Assembly: GCA_944389885.1 (NCBI GenBank) | Contig: CALXNZ010000009.1 | Location: 8,715 to 72,714 of the forward strand | Source: an uncultured Opitutales bacterium | GTDB taxonomy: Bacteria > Verrucomicrobiota > Verrucomicrobiia > Opitutales > Intestinicryptomonadaceae | DNA: 64,000 nucleotides | Reading direction: 5' to 3' | Shown here: in pieces, positions 10,715 to 21,854 of the stretch | Position numbering within the stretch: position 1 is the first letter of the stretch | Layout: every line of letters starts with the position of its first letter | Made by a program: the position numbers and the translations under genes | The notes under the pieces: generated by a model | The model's input: only the letters and a program-made list of their open reading frames with translations | The model's database searches: none | What the model was told of the DNA's origin: nothing

Positions 10715-11650
10715 CTAATCGTCTTTTACCCCTTTTAGGATTTTGTCGAAGAACGCCAGCCCGTCCTCCCAAGACTTGCGCCTATAAGCATCATCGTGCG
10801 AGACATTCCAAAACGCATGTGTATTCGACGGATACGTTATGAGTTCGCAATGCACCCCAGATTTATCGCAGGCGTCTTTCATCAGAGCCGAGTGCGATAG
10901 CGGCACAGTGCGGTCGCCTTCAGAATGGAGAATTCGCATTGGAGCGGTGTTCTTCCCCACCCAATACAGCGGAGACAATTCCCTCGCCCTGTCGTTCGCG
11001 TCAGGGCCCATTCCGAACAACCTGAATCTGCGAATTTCGGACACGGAGAGATCCGTGACAGGTGCCATTGGAACGGCCGCTTGTATGCGCGGATCCGTGC
11101 CGTCGGCAAAAACTTTTTTGCATATTTTAGAGTCGCATGCGGAAGCCAGCAACGCCGCGAGATGCCCGCCCGCCGAGCCCCCCATTACGCCTATTTTCGA
11201 CGGATCCCCCCCGAATTTAGACGCGTTTTCGCGGAGCCATTTCAACGCCGTCCACGCGTCTTCCGCGCAATCCTCGACCTTATATTTCGGCAGGAGCCTA
11301 TATGTGCAGCACGCCACCACATACCCGCGCGAAGCGAAAGTCGCGGCCATCATTGCAAACTTCTTCTCATTTCCCATGCTCCAGCCCCCGCCATGTATAA
11401 GAAGTATGCAAGGCACAGGCCCTGAAACCTTGGCACGCGAATTCGGATAGTACACGTCAAGCTTGACGTCGGGATCGGGACAGTTCGGGTTAAAGCGGAC
11501 CCCCTCTTTCAAGGAGACATTTTGAGGCTTGTCGAAAGTGACGTATATTTGAGAGCCAAGCCTATCGGGATTTTCAGGAGTCGGAGCGGCGAAAAGCCCG
11601 ATTGACACAAACGCCAAGAATGCCGACGAAAAAAGTTTTATTTTTATCAT
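10715..11650 (-). CDS. secreted alpha/beta hydrolase (HSL/BD-FAE-like esterase)
   Basis: Signal peptide, HGGGW, GGSAGG nucleophile, D..VP and H of the triad. Confidence 0.88.
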   Translation of the reverse strand: MIKIKLFSSAFLAFVSIGLFAAPTPENPDRLGSQIYVTFDKPQNVSLKEGVRFNPNCPDPDVKLDVYYPNSRAKVSGPVPCILLIHGGGWSMGNEKKFAMMAATFASRGYVVACCTYRLLPKYKVEDCAEDAWTALKWLRENASKFGGDPSKIGVMGGSAGGHLAALLASACDSKICKKVFADGTDPRIQAAVPMAPVTDLSVSEIRRFRLFGMGPDANDRARELSPLYWVGKNTAPMRILHSEGDRTVPLSHSALMKDACDKSGVHCELITYPSNTHAFWNVSHDDAYRRKSWEDGLAFFDKILKGVKDD

Positions 11651-11776
11651 AAGGATACAAATTACTTTAGTTCAATGTTCACAAATCCCACCATTTTTTC
11701 AACCGATATTTTAAAAAACTCGACCATAGCTTCAATTTTCCTTGAGAAAAAAAGCATTACAGAAATTATTTTAAGC

Positions 11777-13621
11777 ATGCAAAAAACTCCGCCGGAAATC
11801 AGAATACTATCAGAGGATGTCGCAAACCGCATTGCCGCCGGAGAAGTAATAGACCGCCCCGCTTCCGCGGTAAAAGAACTTGTTGAAAACGCCATTGACG
11901 CAGGAGCCACACGCATAGAAATAGAATTTAGCCACGGAGGAAAAAGCTTCCTAAAAGTGCGCGACAACGGCTGCGGCATGACCCGCGAACAAGCTCTCAT
12001 GAGCCTTGAGCCGCACGCCACAAGCAAAATAAAGAGCGCCGACGATATTTTTGAAATAGGCAGCTTTGGATTCAGGGGAGAAGCAATACCGTCCATTGCC
12101 AGCATATGTAAATTCACCATGCGCACCAGACCGGTTTCCGCGGACACGGGAACACAAGTCGAAATATACGCCGGAGAGATAAAAGACGTCCGCGAATGCG
12201 GAATGCCGTGCGGCACGGAGATATTGGTCGAAAACATATTTTGCAGCGTGCCTGCCCGCAGAAAATTTCTGAAGAGCGACAATGTAGAGGCCTCGCATAT
12301 AATAAAGCTTTGCAGGCTGTACGCGCTGTCTCTGCCGAATATAGCCATTACACTTATAGAAAACTCGCGCGTGGTGTTCCGCTCGGAGGGAGGGCTCAAC
12401 ATCTTAGAGCGCATAGCAAAAATATCCGGCATAGGAGTCGATACCGCAAGAAAGCTCATTGAAATTCCGCCATGCGAAGCCGGAGAAATGAAAGTCAGCG
12501 GGGCAATAATAGCCCCCCCGGAATCTTTTACGACAAGCCGCAACATATGCGCCTTTATAAATTCGCGCCCCGTGGACAGCCGCACGGTTTACTCGGCTTT
12601 GAAGGAGGCCTACGAGGGAAGGCTTGAAAAGGGCCGCTATGCCGGAGCTTATATATTCCTTGAAATTCCGCCGAGGGACGTCGATGTGAACGTACACCCG
12701 GCAAAACGCGAAGTGCGCCTGCGCAACGAGTTTGCGGTCAGAGAATTTCTATGCGCGGCCATATCGAGGGCTCTTGCCAAGTATGGCGCAGAATCGGCAT
12801 ATCGAGACAATTCTTCAAATGGATTTCCCGACCAGCAGGTGCCATTATCCAAGCCGAAGCCGCCCGAGACTCCCGCGAGATTCCTGCCTGTTCCATCGGT
12901 ATTTCCTCCGCGAAGACAATTTGGGCATGGCAGTAAAGATGGCCAGATATCGGCTGAATTTAAATCCTCGAAGGAATTTTCCTCAGCGCTCGGGACCATA
13001 GAAAAAAAGATATCCATAAAGAAGCCTCCGGAAATTACCTGCTCTGCAAAGTCTGAAACTCAAGTGGGCGGCTGGAAATTTCTCGCGATTGCAAGAAGAA
13101 AATACGCCCTATTTGAGACCGATAAGGCCGTAGTTATCATGTCGCTTTCCGGAGCGGCAAAAAGAATAGAATTCAATGAGATAACCGAATCCAAAGAGGC
13201 GCCCGCATCGCAAAGAATCCTAATCCCAAATACGGTAAAATTTGAACGCGGCGATGCAGAATACTTCAAATTAAATATAGATTCCTTCGAGAAATGCGGA
13301 TTTGAAATAGAAGAATTTGGGACGAATTGCTATAGAATATCCGCAATTCCCGATTGGCTGGAGCTTTCTCAGGCGGAAACATTTGTGCGGGACTTTGTGG
13401 AGCTGGCAAGAGAGGAATCAACCGGACTTAAAAAGAAAGCCCTCGATAGCGCAAGCTTTGCGAAAATCGCTGTGCAAAAAATTTCAATACCCGAATCCTA
13501 CCTGACTCCACACGGAGCGATATGCGTATTGAAAAAGCTTCTCAACACGCACGATAACATCACCGCTCCCGACGGATCTCCAATATTTAGAGAAATCCCA
13601 TTTTCCTCAATAATGAAATAG
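11777..13621 (+). CDS. mutL: DNA mismatch repair protein MutL with degenerate C-terminal endonuclease motifs
   Basis: IAAGEVIDRPAS, GFRGEA and DVNVHPAKREV motifs; start MQKTPPE at 11777. Confidence 0.93.
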   Translation: MQKTPPEIRILSEDVANRIAAGEVIDRPASAVKELVENAIDAGATRIEIEFSHGGKSFLKVRDNGCGMTREQALMSLEPHATSKIKSADDIFEIGSFGFRGEAIPSIASICKFTMRTRPVSADTGTQVEIYAGEIKDVRECGMPCGTEILVENIFCSVPARRKFLKSDNVEASHIIKLCRLYALSLPNIAITLIENSRVVFRSEGGLNILERIAKISGIGVDTARKLIEIPPCEAGEMKVSGAIIAPPESFTTSRNICAFINSRPVDSRTVYSALKEAYEGRLEKGRYAGAYIFLEIPPRDVDVNVHPAKREVRLRNEFAVREFLCAAISRALAKYGAESAYRDNSSNGFPDQQVPLSKPKPPETPARFLPVPSVFPPRRQFGHGSKDGQISAEFKSSKEFSSALGTIEKKISIKKPPEITCSAKSETQVGGWKFLAIARRKYALFETDKAVVIMSLSGAAKRIEFNEITESKEAPASQRILIPNTVKFERGDAEYFKLNIDSFEKCGFEIEEFGTNCYRISAIPDWLELSQAETFVRDFVELAREESTGLKKKALDSASFAKIAVQKISIPESYLTPHGAICVLKKLLNTHDNITAPDGSPIFREIPFSSIMK

Positions 13622-13627
13622 ACGAAT

Positions 13628-13660
13628 AAAAAAGCCGCGCGGCATAAACCGGCGGCTTAA
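13628..13660. terminator. hairpin between convergent mutL and purT
   Basis: aagccgc...gcggctt with A-run on the left side. Confidence 0.6.
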
Positions 13661-13669
13661 AGGTAAAAT

Positions 13670-14860
13670 TTAGGACTGCTCAACCTTTACCGAGAGGTCG
13701 TTCAACATCTCAAGAGTTGTCCTGTCAGCGTCTTCTATGGTATCGCCCTGGGCAAGGAGCACCGCCATGCGTCTATGCCCGCGCACTTCCGGTTTCGAGA
13801 ATATGCGGATATCAGTATTTGGCCGCGACAAAACCTTGTCTATGTTAGAATACTCCATGGTGTCTCCCGACCCCTCCACCACCACGGCACGACTCGCGGA
13901 CGGAGCGTATTGTTTTATCTCCACAATGGGAATTCCAAGAATCGCGCGGGCGTGCAGAGCAAACTCGGATAGATTTTGGGAAATCATAGTCACCATTCCG
14001 GTGTCGTGCGGGCGCGGAGATACTTCGCTAAACAAAACTTCGTCGCCGCAGACAAACATTTCTACCCCGAATATTCCATATCCCCCCAATGCGTCGGTAA
14101 TGCGCGCGGCGTAATCGCGGGCTTTGGCAAGGGCAACATCGCTCATGGGCTGGGGCTGCCAGCTGCGGCGATAGTCCCCGTCTATCTGTTCGTGTCCGAT
14201 AGGCGCGCAGAATGACGTTCCGCCGCTATGCCTCACTGTGAGCAGGGTTATCTCATAGTCGAATTTCACGAAGCCCTCCACTATTACGCGCCCGCCGCCG
14301 GCTCTTCCGCCAGACTGGGAATACTCCCAGGCCGAATCTATGTCGGAAGGGCTTTTAACGACGCTCTGGCCATGTCCCGACGAACTCATAATCGGTTTTA
14401 CCACACATGGGAATCCTATCTTTTCAACCGCCGCTATAAATTCACTTTTATTGGAGGCAAAAACATACGGAGATGTTTTAAGCCCGAGCTTTTCGGCCGC
14501 GAGAGTGCGTATTCCCTCTCTATTCATTGTAAAATTTACGGCCGCGGCGGTGGGTATGACGTGGAAACCGCGCTTTTCAAGCTCGACGAGCTTCTGTGTG
14601 GCGATAGCTTCAACCTCCGGCACTATGAGGGACGGATTCTCTTTTAGCACAATCTCTTCAAGCTTGTCGGGATCGAGCATAGATATTACATAGCTGCGAT
14701 CCGCCACCTGCATTGCTGGAGCGTCGGCATACCTATCTACGGCTATTACCTCCGCGCCGAGCCTCTTCAACTCGATTACGACTTCCCTTCCCAATTCGCC
14801 GCTTCCCAAAAACAGCACTTTTGTCGCGTTCTTTTTGAATACAGTTCCTATTTTTACCAT
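13670..14860 (-). CDS. purT: formate-dependent phosphoribosylglycinamide formyltransferase
   Basis: [31 protein letters not shown] and GHRRMAV motifs. Confidence 0.95.
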   Translation of the reverse strand: MVKIGTVFKKNATKVLFLGSGELGREVVIELKRLGAEVIAVDRYADAPAMQVADRSYVISMLDPDKLEEIVLKENPSLIVPEVEAIATQKLVELEKRGFHVIPTAAAVNFTMNREGIRTLAAEKLGLKTSPYVFASNKSEFIAAVEKIGFPCVVKPIMSSSGHGQSVVKSPSDIDSAWEYSQSGGRAGGGRVIVEGFVKFDYEITLLTVRHSGGTSFCAPIGHEQIDGDYRRSWQPQPMSDVALAKARDYAARITDALGGYGIFGVEMFVCGDEVLFSEVSPRPHDTGMVTMISQNLSEFALHARAILGIPIVEIKQYAPSASRAVVVEGSGDTMEYSNIDKVLSRPNTDIRIFSKPEVRGHRRMAVLLAQGDTIEDADRTTLEMLNDLSVKVEQS

Positions 14861-14871
14861 GGTTGTGCCCC

Positions 14872-16782
14872 TTAGTTTGTTTGTTGAAAGAGAGAATTAA
14901 AAGCCTTTACGACGTCGTCCACATCTATCTTAGAAGCCGGAATTCCCCCCTGTGGAGGACAGGACGGCGGCAATACCTCCGCTTTTGGAGAATCGAACAC
15001 AAAACCGTTGCGCAGCGGATTAGTATCCCCGTAAAGCCCGACGACAGGAACCCCGACAGCGTTCGCCAAATGCGCTATCCCGACGTCCGATGCCACCGCG
15101 ATATCGCAGTTTACAAGCGATTCCGCTATGTTGGAGAATCCGCGCAGCTGCGTTTTATCCTCTATTTCCACAGAGTCTATCCCCCTCAATATATGGTACG
15201 CTGCCCGCGAATCCGCGGCATTTCCGTAAACCGCAAACTTGAGATTGTCCGCATTCGCCGACAACTTCGACGCCAACTCCGCCCACGCCTCAACTCCCCA
15301 TGAATCTGACGAATCAGATCCGCATATAAACGCCACCGTAATCGTTCCGTCCTTGTGACTTTCAGCTGAAGGCGGGAAAGCGTCGCGCATGGGAGTGCAA
15401 TCCACCTCGCAATCCATTCCAAATTTTTTCAGGAAATTTTCGTACTCAAACGATATGTGCTCTATTGATGCCGAGGCAGGAGAGCGATAAACCCAAGACG
15501 ACCAAAAGCTACTATTGCTATTTTGAGTTATGGCCACCCTAAACTGGCTCCCCATGAGCCATGCGCAAAAACGCTGAAAATGGGAATCGTCGAATACCGC
15601 GTGAATATCCGACGCAGTCGCGCGCATTTTCCAAAAAAATAAAATCTTTGATAGATTGGATTTCGGAAGCGGATAGACTTTTTCGGCTATTTTACAGCGC
15701 GATAAAAACGAGGCAAACTCCTCTTTGCAGAACAGATGCAAGGACGCGTCAAACCTCGATTTGCGAAGGGCCTTCAGCACAGGAATCAAAGCGGCTACCT
15801 TTGAAAACTCGTCGGGCATGCTTACAGATATTACGCTTCCCCTCGGAATATTTTTCCAACCGCGCAAGGCGCAAAATTCGTCGAAAATTTCATGGCGCAC
15901 GTCGGTTTGGAATAGGTTGTAAGGACGGCAGTTTGATTTCCAACGCTTATGCAGCCACAGCCAATCGTATCGAGCCACGGCGTCAGATTTCAATTTATTC
16001 TCGAGCCAAATGGAAGTCTTTGCGGTAAGATTTTCGGCATTGGTGTACTCTATGGGATCCCCGCATATTTCGGAGCTCCAAAATCCCGTCCTACGGGCGT
16101 AGAATACGAATGCCGGAGACTTTGAACGCTCCGCGAGTATCCCGTGCAAATTTGAAGTGGAACAGACCCTGTCCATAAAGAGTCCCCTCACGCCAGCCCT
16201 GCCCGATTCCTGGTCGAACAATACCGCAACGCAGCCGCCTTTTTGAAGAAAATCGAAAGCGGCTCCGATGCCGTTTCGTCGCGATATCAGATGCAGGCCA
16301 AAACGTTCGCGGCTCTTCTTTACCCATTTTTCCAATCCGCGGGAATCGAAAGGTCTGTAAATGACTCCAGTTTCCGGAGTTTTTCCGCTCCAAATAATGG
16401 GAAACATAGTTATAGTTTCCATCATGGAAAAATGCGGTATGCAAAGCACCGCAGGATAAGGGGACAATGCGTAGTCGGCCAATTTGTCTCTCACATAATC
16501 GCTCAATTTTATCCTCGAGCGCAGATAGTCTTCAGGCAGGTACGGACTCGCCAATACAAAAAGCGCCATTTCGACCATGCGCGCAGACGATTCCATTGCT
16601 ATTTTTGAACACTCCGCATTTCCCAGATTCGGAAAGCAGCGTCTTATATTTCGCTTGGCCAAACGCATGCGTGGGGACGGGAACGCCCATATTGCAAATC
16701 CCGCAAAACGGCATAGAAAACTCAGCACGCAATCCGGCAAACTTGCGAGGGCGCGGCCTAAAAATGTGAGAAAGTAATACAT
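14872..16782 (-). CDS. fusion of lipid A acyltransferase (LpxL/HtrB) and GT9 heptosyltransferase-like domain
   Basis: N-half has HFSMME (HxxxxE), LFDQ and WLWLHKRWK; C-half has [20 protein letters not shown]. Confidence 0.8.
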   Translation of the reverse strand: MYYFLTFLGRALASLPDCVLSFLCRFAGFAIWAFPSPRMRLAKRNIRRCFPNLGNAECSKIAMESSARMVEMALFVLASPYLPEDYLRSRIKLSDYVRDKLADYALSPYPAVLCIPHFSMMETITMFPIIWSGKTPETGVIYRPFDSRGLEKWVKKSRERFGLHLISRRNGIGAAFDFLQKGGCVAVLFDQESGRAGVRGLFMDRVCSTSNLHGILAERSKSPAFVFYARRTGFWSSEICGDPIEYTNAENLTAKTSIWLENKLKSDAVARYDWLWLHKRWKSNCRPYNLFQTDVRHEIFDEFCALRGWKNIPRGSVISVSMPDEFSKVAALIPVLKALRKSRFDASLHLFCKEEFASFLSRCKIAEKVYPLPKSNLSKILFFWKMRATASDIHAVFDDSHFQRFCAWLMGSQFRVAITQNSNSSFWSSWVYRSPASASIEHISFEYENFLKKFGMDCEVDCTPMRDAFPPSAESHKDGTITVAFICGSDSSDSWGVEAWAELASKLSANADNLKFAVYGNAADSRAAYHILRGIDSVEIEDKTQLRGFSNIAESLVNCDIAVASDVGIAHLANAVGVPVVGLYGDTNPLRNGFVFDSPKAEVLPPSCPPQGGIPASKIDVDDVVKAFNSLFQQTN

Positions 16783-16836
16783 TAAAATTCAGCCGCACAT
16801 TAGCACAATTTGCCCGAATTGCAAAAATAAAACGCC

Positions 16837-17634
16837 CTATCTTTTCATAGCGGAAGCCAAAGAGCCAACGAATTCACCGACCTTATCGAGAGCGGCTGCT
16901 TCTCCTTCGCTCAAGAGGACATCGTGGGCCATATCCACTATCTTGCTTCCCACTACAACTGCATCGGCATGCCTCGCCGCCAAAGAGGCCATTTGGGGAT
17001 TGGATATTCCGAATCCGGCCGCCACCGGGAGAACCGACGCCTTCCTAACTTCCGCTATCCGTTCCACAAATTCTGTCGGAAGGGCGTTTCTTACTCCAGT
17101 GACGCCCATCACGGTGACATAATAGAGAAATCCCGATCCGCATTCGGATATTTTTTCTATTCTGTCCAATGAACTTGTAGGAGCGCCGAGCGGTATAAAA
17201 TCTATGCCGCGCGGTCGGGTATGTATCAGTATTTCATCGGATTCCTCCATTGGCACGTCAACCACGAGCCATGCGTCGATTCCCGATAGCGACGATTCCG
17301 CCGCGAGCTTCTCGAGCCCAAATTTAAAGAGAGGATTCATGTAAGAAAACAGGATAAACGGATTTGAAACCCCGGCTTTACGCAGCCGCGCGGACATTTC
17401 CAAAACGTCGCGCACGGAGGTTCCCGCGGCTCTCCTGCTTGCGGCTTGTATCGATTTACCGTCGGCCATAGGGTCGGAAAACGGCACTCCAAGTTCCACC
17501 ATATCCGCCCCCGCATCGCACACTCTGCGCACAAGCTTTTCAGTAAAGCCTATGTCGGGGTCGCCGCAGCTTATAAATACAACCAAAGCCGCACGATTTT
17601 CCTTCGCGGTCTTTTTAAATATGTGGTTTATCAT
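16837..17634 (-). CDS. trpA: tryptophan synthase alpha chain
   Basis: ELGVPFSDPMADG, GVTG and AGFGIS motifs. Confidence 0.96.
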   Translation of the reverse strand: MINHIFKKTAKENRAALVVFISCGDPDIGFTEKLVRRVCDAGADMVELGVPFSDPMADGKSIQAASRRAAGTSVRDVLEMSARLRKAGVSNPFILFSYMNPLFKFGLEKLAAESSLSGIDAWLVVDVPMEESDEILIHTRPRGIDFIPLGAPTSSLDRIEKISECGSGFLYYVTVMGVTGVRNALPTEFVERIAEVRKASVLPVAAGFGISNPQMASLAARHADAVVVGSKIVDMAHDVLLSEGEAAALDKVGEFVGSLASAMKR

Positions 17635-17635
17635 T

Positions 17636-18844
17636 CTATTTTTCTCCTCTGTTTAAATACTCTACTACGGAATCCATATCCTTATCCCCCCTGCCTGAGA
17701 GGCTTACCAAAATAATTTCGTCCTTTGAAAGGCTGCGGGCATTCTGCATAGCCAATGCAATGGCGTGCGACGATTCAAGCGCCGGAATTATGCCCTCATA
17801 CTTGCATAAAGCCCTAAAAGCCTCGACCGCTTGGGCGTCATCGACAGGCACATACACTGCCCGCCCAGTATCGTGCAAGTACGCATGCTCGGGACCTACA
17901 CCTGGATAGTCGAGCCCGGCCGACACTGAATGCGTATTGGAAATTTGTCCTTCGGAATCCTGCAAAAGGTAAGTCTTATTTCCGTGCAATACGCCAACGC
18001 TTCCGGCGTTTAGGCTTGCGCAATGGCGGCCAGTATGGATTCCTTCTCCCGCAGCTTCTGCCCCGTATAAAGCAACGGACTTGTCGTCTATAAAGGGCGC
18101 AAATATCCCTATTGCGTTGCTGCCGCCCCCCACACAAGCCACAACTTGCGAAGGCAACTTTCCGGTTCGCTCTGCCAACTGATTTTTTGCTTCCCTGCCT
18201 ATCACCGACTGGAACTCCTTAACCATTGTAGGATACGGATGCGGACCCGCCGCGGTTCCTATCACATAAAAAGTGTCGTCCACAGTGGCGGCCCAATTTC
18301 TGAGGGCTTCGTTCATTGCGTCTTTTAGGGTAGCCCCGCCGCCTGGAATCTCGACAGACACAAGATTTGCCCCGAGCATTTTCATTCTCGCGGCGTTTTG
18401 CGATTGTCTGCGAATATCCTCCGAACCCATAAATACATCGCAACTCATGCCGAACAAAGCCGCAACCGTAGCTGTGGCCACCCCGTGCATTCCGGCTCCA
18501 GTTTCAGCTATGAGGCGATGTTTGCCCATTCTCTTTGCTATGAGAGCCTGCCCGACAGTATTGTTTATTTTATGGGCGCCAGTGTGGTTTAAATCTTCCC
18601 TTTTTAACCATATCTGAGCCCCTCCGCAGTATTCGGAAAGCCTCTTTGCATGGTAGAGGGCCGAAGGCCTCCCGACATAGTCGCGAAGTATTTGCATGTA
18701 TTCGGCCCTAAAAGACTCGTCGGCTATGGCTTTTGTATAGGCATCTTCAAGCTCCAACAAAGCCGTCATTAAGGTCTCGGCGACATACATGCCGCCGTAT
18801 TCTCCGAATCTTCCTTTTTCAGTCCTTTGTGTTTTCATAATCAT
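17636..18844 (-). CDS. trpB: tryptophan synthase beta chain
   Basis: [30 protein letters not shown] and SAGLDYPG motifs. Confidence 0.97.
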   Translation of the reverse strand: MIMKTQRTEKGRFGEYGGMYVAETLMTALLELEDAYTKAIADESFRAEYMQILRDYVGRPSALYHAKRLSEYCGGAQIWLKREDLNHTGAHKINNTVGQALIAKRMGKHRLIAETGAGMHGVATATVAALFGMSCDVFMGSEDIRRQSQNAARMKMLGANLVSVEIPGGGATLKDAMNEALRNWAATVDDTFYVIGTAAGPHPYPTMVKEFQSVIGREAKNQLAERTGKLPSQVVACVGGGSNAIGIFAPFIDDKSVALYGAEAAGEGIHTGRHCASLNAGSVGVLHGNKTYLLQDSEGQISNTHSVSAGLDYPGVGPEHAYLHDTGRAVYVPVDDAQAVEAFRALCKYEGIIPALESSHAIALAMQNARSLSKDEIILVSLSGRGDKDMDSVVEYLNRGEK

Positions 18845-19458
18845 ATTCTTTCAAAAAATTCTTTTAGTTTACTTTTGGATTTCCTTCCCGCTGAAATTTC
18901 CACGCCGCTGTTTACGTCAATACACCACGGATTCACCTTGGCAACAGCCTCTTTTACATTATCGGGACCTATTCCGCCCGCCAGCACTATCCGCCTGCGG
19001 GCTGACAATTCCGCAGCAAGTTTCCAATTAGCGCGCATTCCCGTTCCGCCCGTTAAACCGTTCAAACGCGAATCAACCAGTATCTTGTCGGACGCGGAAG
19101 CGGCGATATCCTCAAGGTCTTGCGGGCTATCAAGCCATGCCGCCCTCCATATCTCGACTCCTAAAGCCTCCTTCAATCTGAGCTCAAACTCCGCGCTCTG
19201 GGCTCCGTGCAGTTGCACAACGGATAGCCCCACTCTTTCAACCGCGTATTTTACGGCCTCAAAATCCTCCTCCACAAAGACGCCAACAGGTTTTACAATG
19301 CCTCTTGTGTGCGAGACTATATCGGCGGCTCTATCCGCACCTACAAAGCGCGGACTTTTTTGGAAAAATATAAATCCAATAAAATCCGCCCCCAAAGACT
19401 CCGCCAATACGGCGTCTTCCTGGGTTGTTATTCCGCACACTTTGACTTTAGGCTTCAT
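18841..19458 (-). CDS. trpF: phosphoribosylanthranilate isomerase
   Basis: KVCGIT, QLHG, GGTG, LAGGI and DVNSGVE motifs. Confidence 0.95.
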   Translation of the reverse strand: MKPKVKVCGITTQEDAVLAESLGADFIGFIFFQKSPRFVGADRAADIVSHTRGIVKPVGVFVEEDFEAVKYAVERVGLSVVQLHGAQSAEFELRLKEALGVEIWRAAWLDSPQDLEDIAASASDKILVDSRLNGLTGGTGMRANWKLAAELSARRRIVLAGGIGPDNVKEAVAKVNPWCIDVNSGVEISAGRKSKSKLKEFFERI

Positions 19459-20248
19459 TTTTTTCTCCCAAGAGTTCCCTAAGCGCCTTGCCGACGTCAG
19501 CCCCGCCGCGCATTATCGATGTTCCAACAAGGACCGCATCGGCGCCGGCACTGCGCGCGCGCAGGATATCGCCTCTATTCCTTATCGCGCTCTCGGCTAC
19601 CTTTATTATGCCGGCGGGCACATTTTTCAAGAGCTCCAGCCCAGCCGACAAATCCGTGGAAAAATCGGCGAGGTTGCGGCAATTTAAGCCTATTATATCG
19701 GCGCCGCAATCCACGAGTTCAAAGATTTCCGAGGAGTCGTGAGCCTCCGCCAGGACGTCGAGGCCAACTGAATCTGCAAACTCTATAAGTTCGGCGATTC
19801 GCTTCTTAGGCAGCATTTTGGCTATGAGAAGTATTGCCGACGCCCCAGCCACTCTCGCCTCGCAAATTTGATATTCGTCAAATATAAAATCTTTGCGTAG
19901 CAGGGGTATTTTTACACACTCCCTGGCCTTTTTTAAATTTTCGATAGATCCCAAGAAATAATTGGGTTCAGTGAGAACGGATAACGCCGACGCTCCAGCA
20001 TATTCGAGCATTGGAGCCAAAACTGAAACATCAAAATCTTCGCGTATGACTCCCTCCGAAGGCGACGCTTTTTTCAATTCAGCTATTACAGCCGGATTTT
20101 CTCCGTCAATCTTCAGGGCATTCCTAAACGACGGCGGATAGGGCATTTTTAGAGATGCCTCCAAAATCTTTTCAAAAGGCACAAGTCTCTTTTTTTTCTT
20201 AAGAGGACCCTCTAATTCTTCTCTTATTTTTTCAAGTATGGATTTCAT
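19448..20248 (-). CDS. trpC: indole-3-glycerol-phosphate synthase
   Basis: IAELKKASPSEG, SVLTE, LRKDFI and VAESAI motifs. Confidence 0.95.
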   Translation of the reverse strand: MKSILEKIREELEGPLKKKKRLVPFEKILEASLKMPYPPSFRNALKIDGENPAVIAELKKASPSEGVIREDFDVSVLAPMLEYAGASALSVLTEPNYFLGSIENLKKARECVKIPLLRKDFIFDEYQICEARVAGASAILLIAKMLPKKRIAELIEFADSVGLDVLAEAHDSSEIFELVDCGADIIGLNCRNLADFSTDLSAGLELLKNVPAGIIKVAESAIRNRGDILRARSAGADAVLVGTSIMRGGADVGKALRELLGEKNEA

Positions 20249-21276
20249 AAACCTTGATTTGAAAACTCCAAAAGTTTTTTGAGTTTTGAAAGGGCCGCCC
20301 CGGAATCTATCGATTCTCTCGCCATTTTTACCCCTACTTCAAAACTTTCCGCCAATCCTGCCGCTACTATCGCCGCCGCAGAATTTATTACGCATATTTC
20401 GCGGGCTCCACCGCCAATCCTATTTTCCAAAACCCCGCGCAATATTTCCGCATTAACGCGGGCGTCGCCTCCGTCTATGTCGGATTCCGGAAAAGAACAA
20501 TCAACATAACGCGAAGCTTCAAACTCGTAAGTTTTGATTCTCCCTTCTCGCAGTTCGCTTACGCGGGTGGGAGCGTATATGCTGATTTCGTCCATATCGT
20601 CGTCTCCGTGCACTACATACGCCCTCCTCACGCCGAGTTCCCTAAGGCACTCTGCCATCATTTCAGTCAAAGATGGCTCGAATACCCCTATTACCTGTGC
20701 AGTAGCCCCCGCCGGATTTACCAAAGGCCCCAATATGTTAAATATCGTACGCACTCCAAGGGCGCGCCTTACTGCTGCGGCATGTCTCATGGCAGGATGC
20801 ATCTTTTGGGCAAACAGGAAAGCTATGCCGTTTTCTTGCAGGCAGTGTTCCATTACGGCCGGATGCACGTCCAAATTGAATCCCAATTCCGCCAAAACGT
20901 CCCCGGAACCGCATTTGCTGGCAACCGCCCTATTGCCGTGCTTTGCCACGCACACTCCGGCTCCGCTTGCTATAAACGCGCAAGTTGTGGAAATGTTAAA
21001 TGTCCCCCTGCTTCCACCTCCCGTACCGCATGTATCAAGCGGAGAAAGCCCGCCGGCGTTTATGAAAGCCGCGCGGGCGCGCATGGCCTGCGCGGCGCCG
21101 ACTATCTCGTCAACGCTTTCACCTTTCATCTTCATGGCGGAGAGAAAAGCACCCAATAACGAAGGATCTACATTCCCCGACATAATCTCGTCAAAGACGC
21201 CCCTGCTCTCTGAACGTCCGAGAGAAATGCCTTCATTTGCGATTTTTTCAAAGGCAGATTTAGTCTTTGAGCTCAT
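20245..21276 (-). CDS. trpD: anthranilate phosphoribosyltransferase
   Basis: DTCGTGG, FNISTT, KHGNR and TIFNILGPL motifs. Confidence 0.95.
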   Translation of the reverse strand: MSSKTKSAFEKIANEGISLGRSESRGVFDEIMSGNVDPSLLGAFLSAMKMKGESVDEIVGAAQAMRARAAFINAGGLSPLDTCGTGGGSRGTFNISTTCAFIASGAGVCVAKHGNRAVASKCGSGDVLAELGFNLDVHPAVMEHCLQENGIAFLFAQKMHPAMRHAAAVRRALGVRTIFNILGPLVNPAGATAQVIGVFEPSLTEMMAECLRELGVRRAYVVHGDDDMDEISIYAPTRVSELREGRIKTYEFEASRYVDCSFPESDIDGGDARVNAEILRGVLENRIGGGAREICVINSAAAIVAAGLAESFEVGVKMARESIDSGAALSKLKKLLEFSNQGL

Positions 21277-21848
21277 TTTGCGTTAACTCCGTCGAGAAAA
21301 TTTGCCAGTATGCGTTTTCCTCCAACTGTCGATATCGATTCCGGGTGGAATTGCACCCCCTCAATTGGAAACTCAAGGTGGCGCAAAGCCATAATCTCGC
21401 CGTCTGGAGAGCGCGCCGAAACCTCGAGGCAGGAAGGCAAAGAAGCCTCCTCCACCGCGAGGGAATGATACCGCACCGCCACCATTGGGTTGGCCATTCC
21501 GCGAAACACTCCGCGGCCGTCGTGCGTTATCGGGCAGGTCTTGCCGTGCAATATGCTTTTAGCCCGCACGATTTTCCCCCCGAAAGCGCAAGCTATCGAC
21601 TGCATGCCCAGACATACCCCGAATATCGGAATCCTATCGGCGAATTTCTGTATGAACTCCACGCATACCCCCGCGCTTTGCGGAGAACTCGGCCCGGGCG
21701 ACACTATAACAGCAGTGGCTCCCAATTTGAATAAATCTTCCGCGCCCATGCAATCGTTGCGGGCAACGAGCACCTCCCTGCCTAATGTCTCCACATAGTG
21801 GACGAGATTGTACGTAAAGGAATCGTAATTATCTATAAACAACACCAT
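21273..21848 (-). CDS. trpG: anthranilate synthase component II (glutamine amidotransferase)
   Basis: IDNYDSFTYNL, SPGP, GVCLG and QFHPES motifs. Confidence 0.95.
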   Translation of the reverse strand: MVLFIDNYDSFTYNLVHYVETLGREVLVARNDCMGAEDLFKLGATAVIVSPGPSSPQSAGVCVEFIQKFADRIPIFGVCLGMQSIACAFGGKIVRAKSILHGKTCPITHDGRGVFRGMANPMVAVRYHSLAVEEASLPSCLEVSARSPDGEIMALRHLEFPIEGVQFHPESISTVGGKRILANFLDGVNAK

Positions 21849-21854
21849 AATAAG

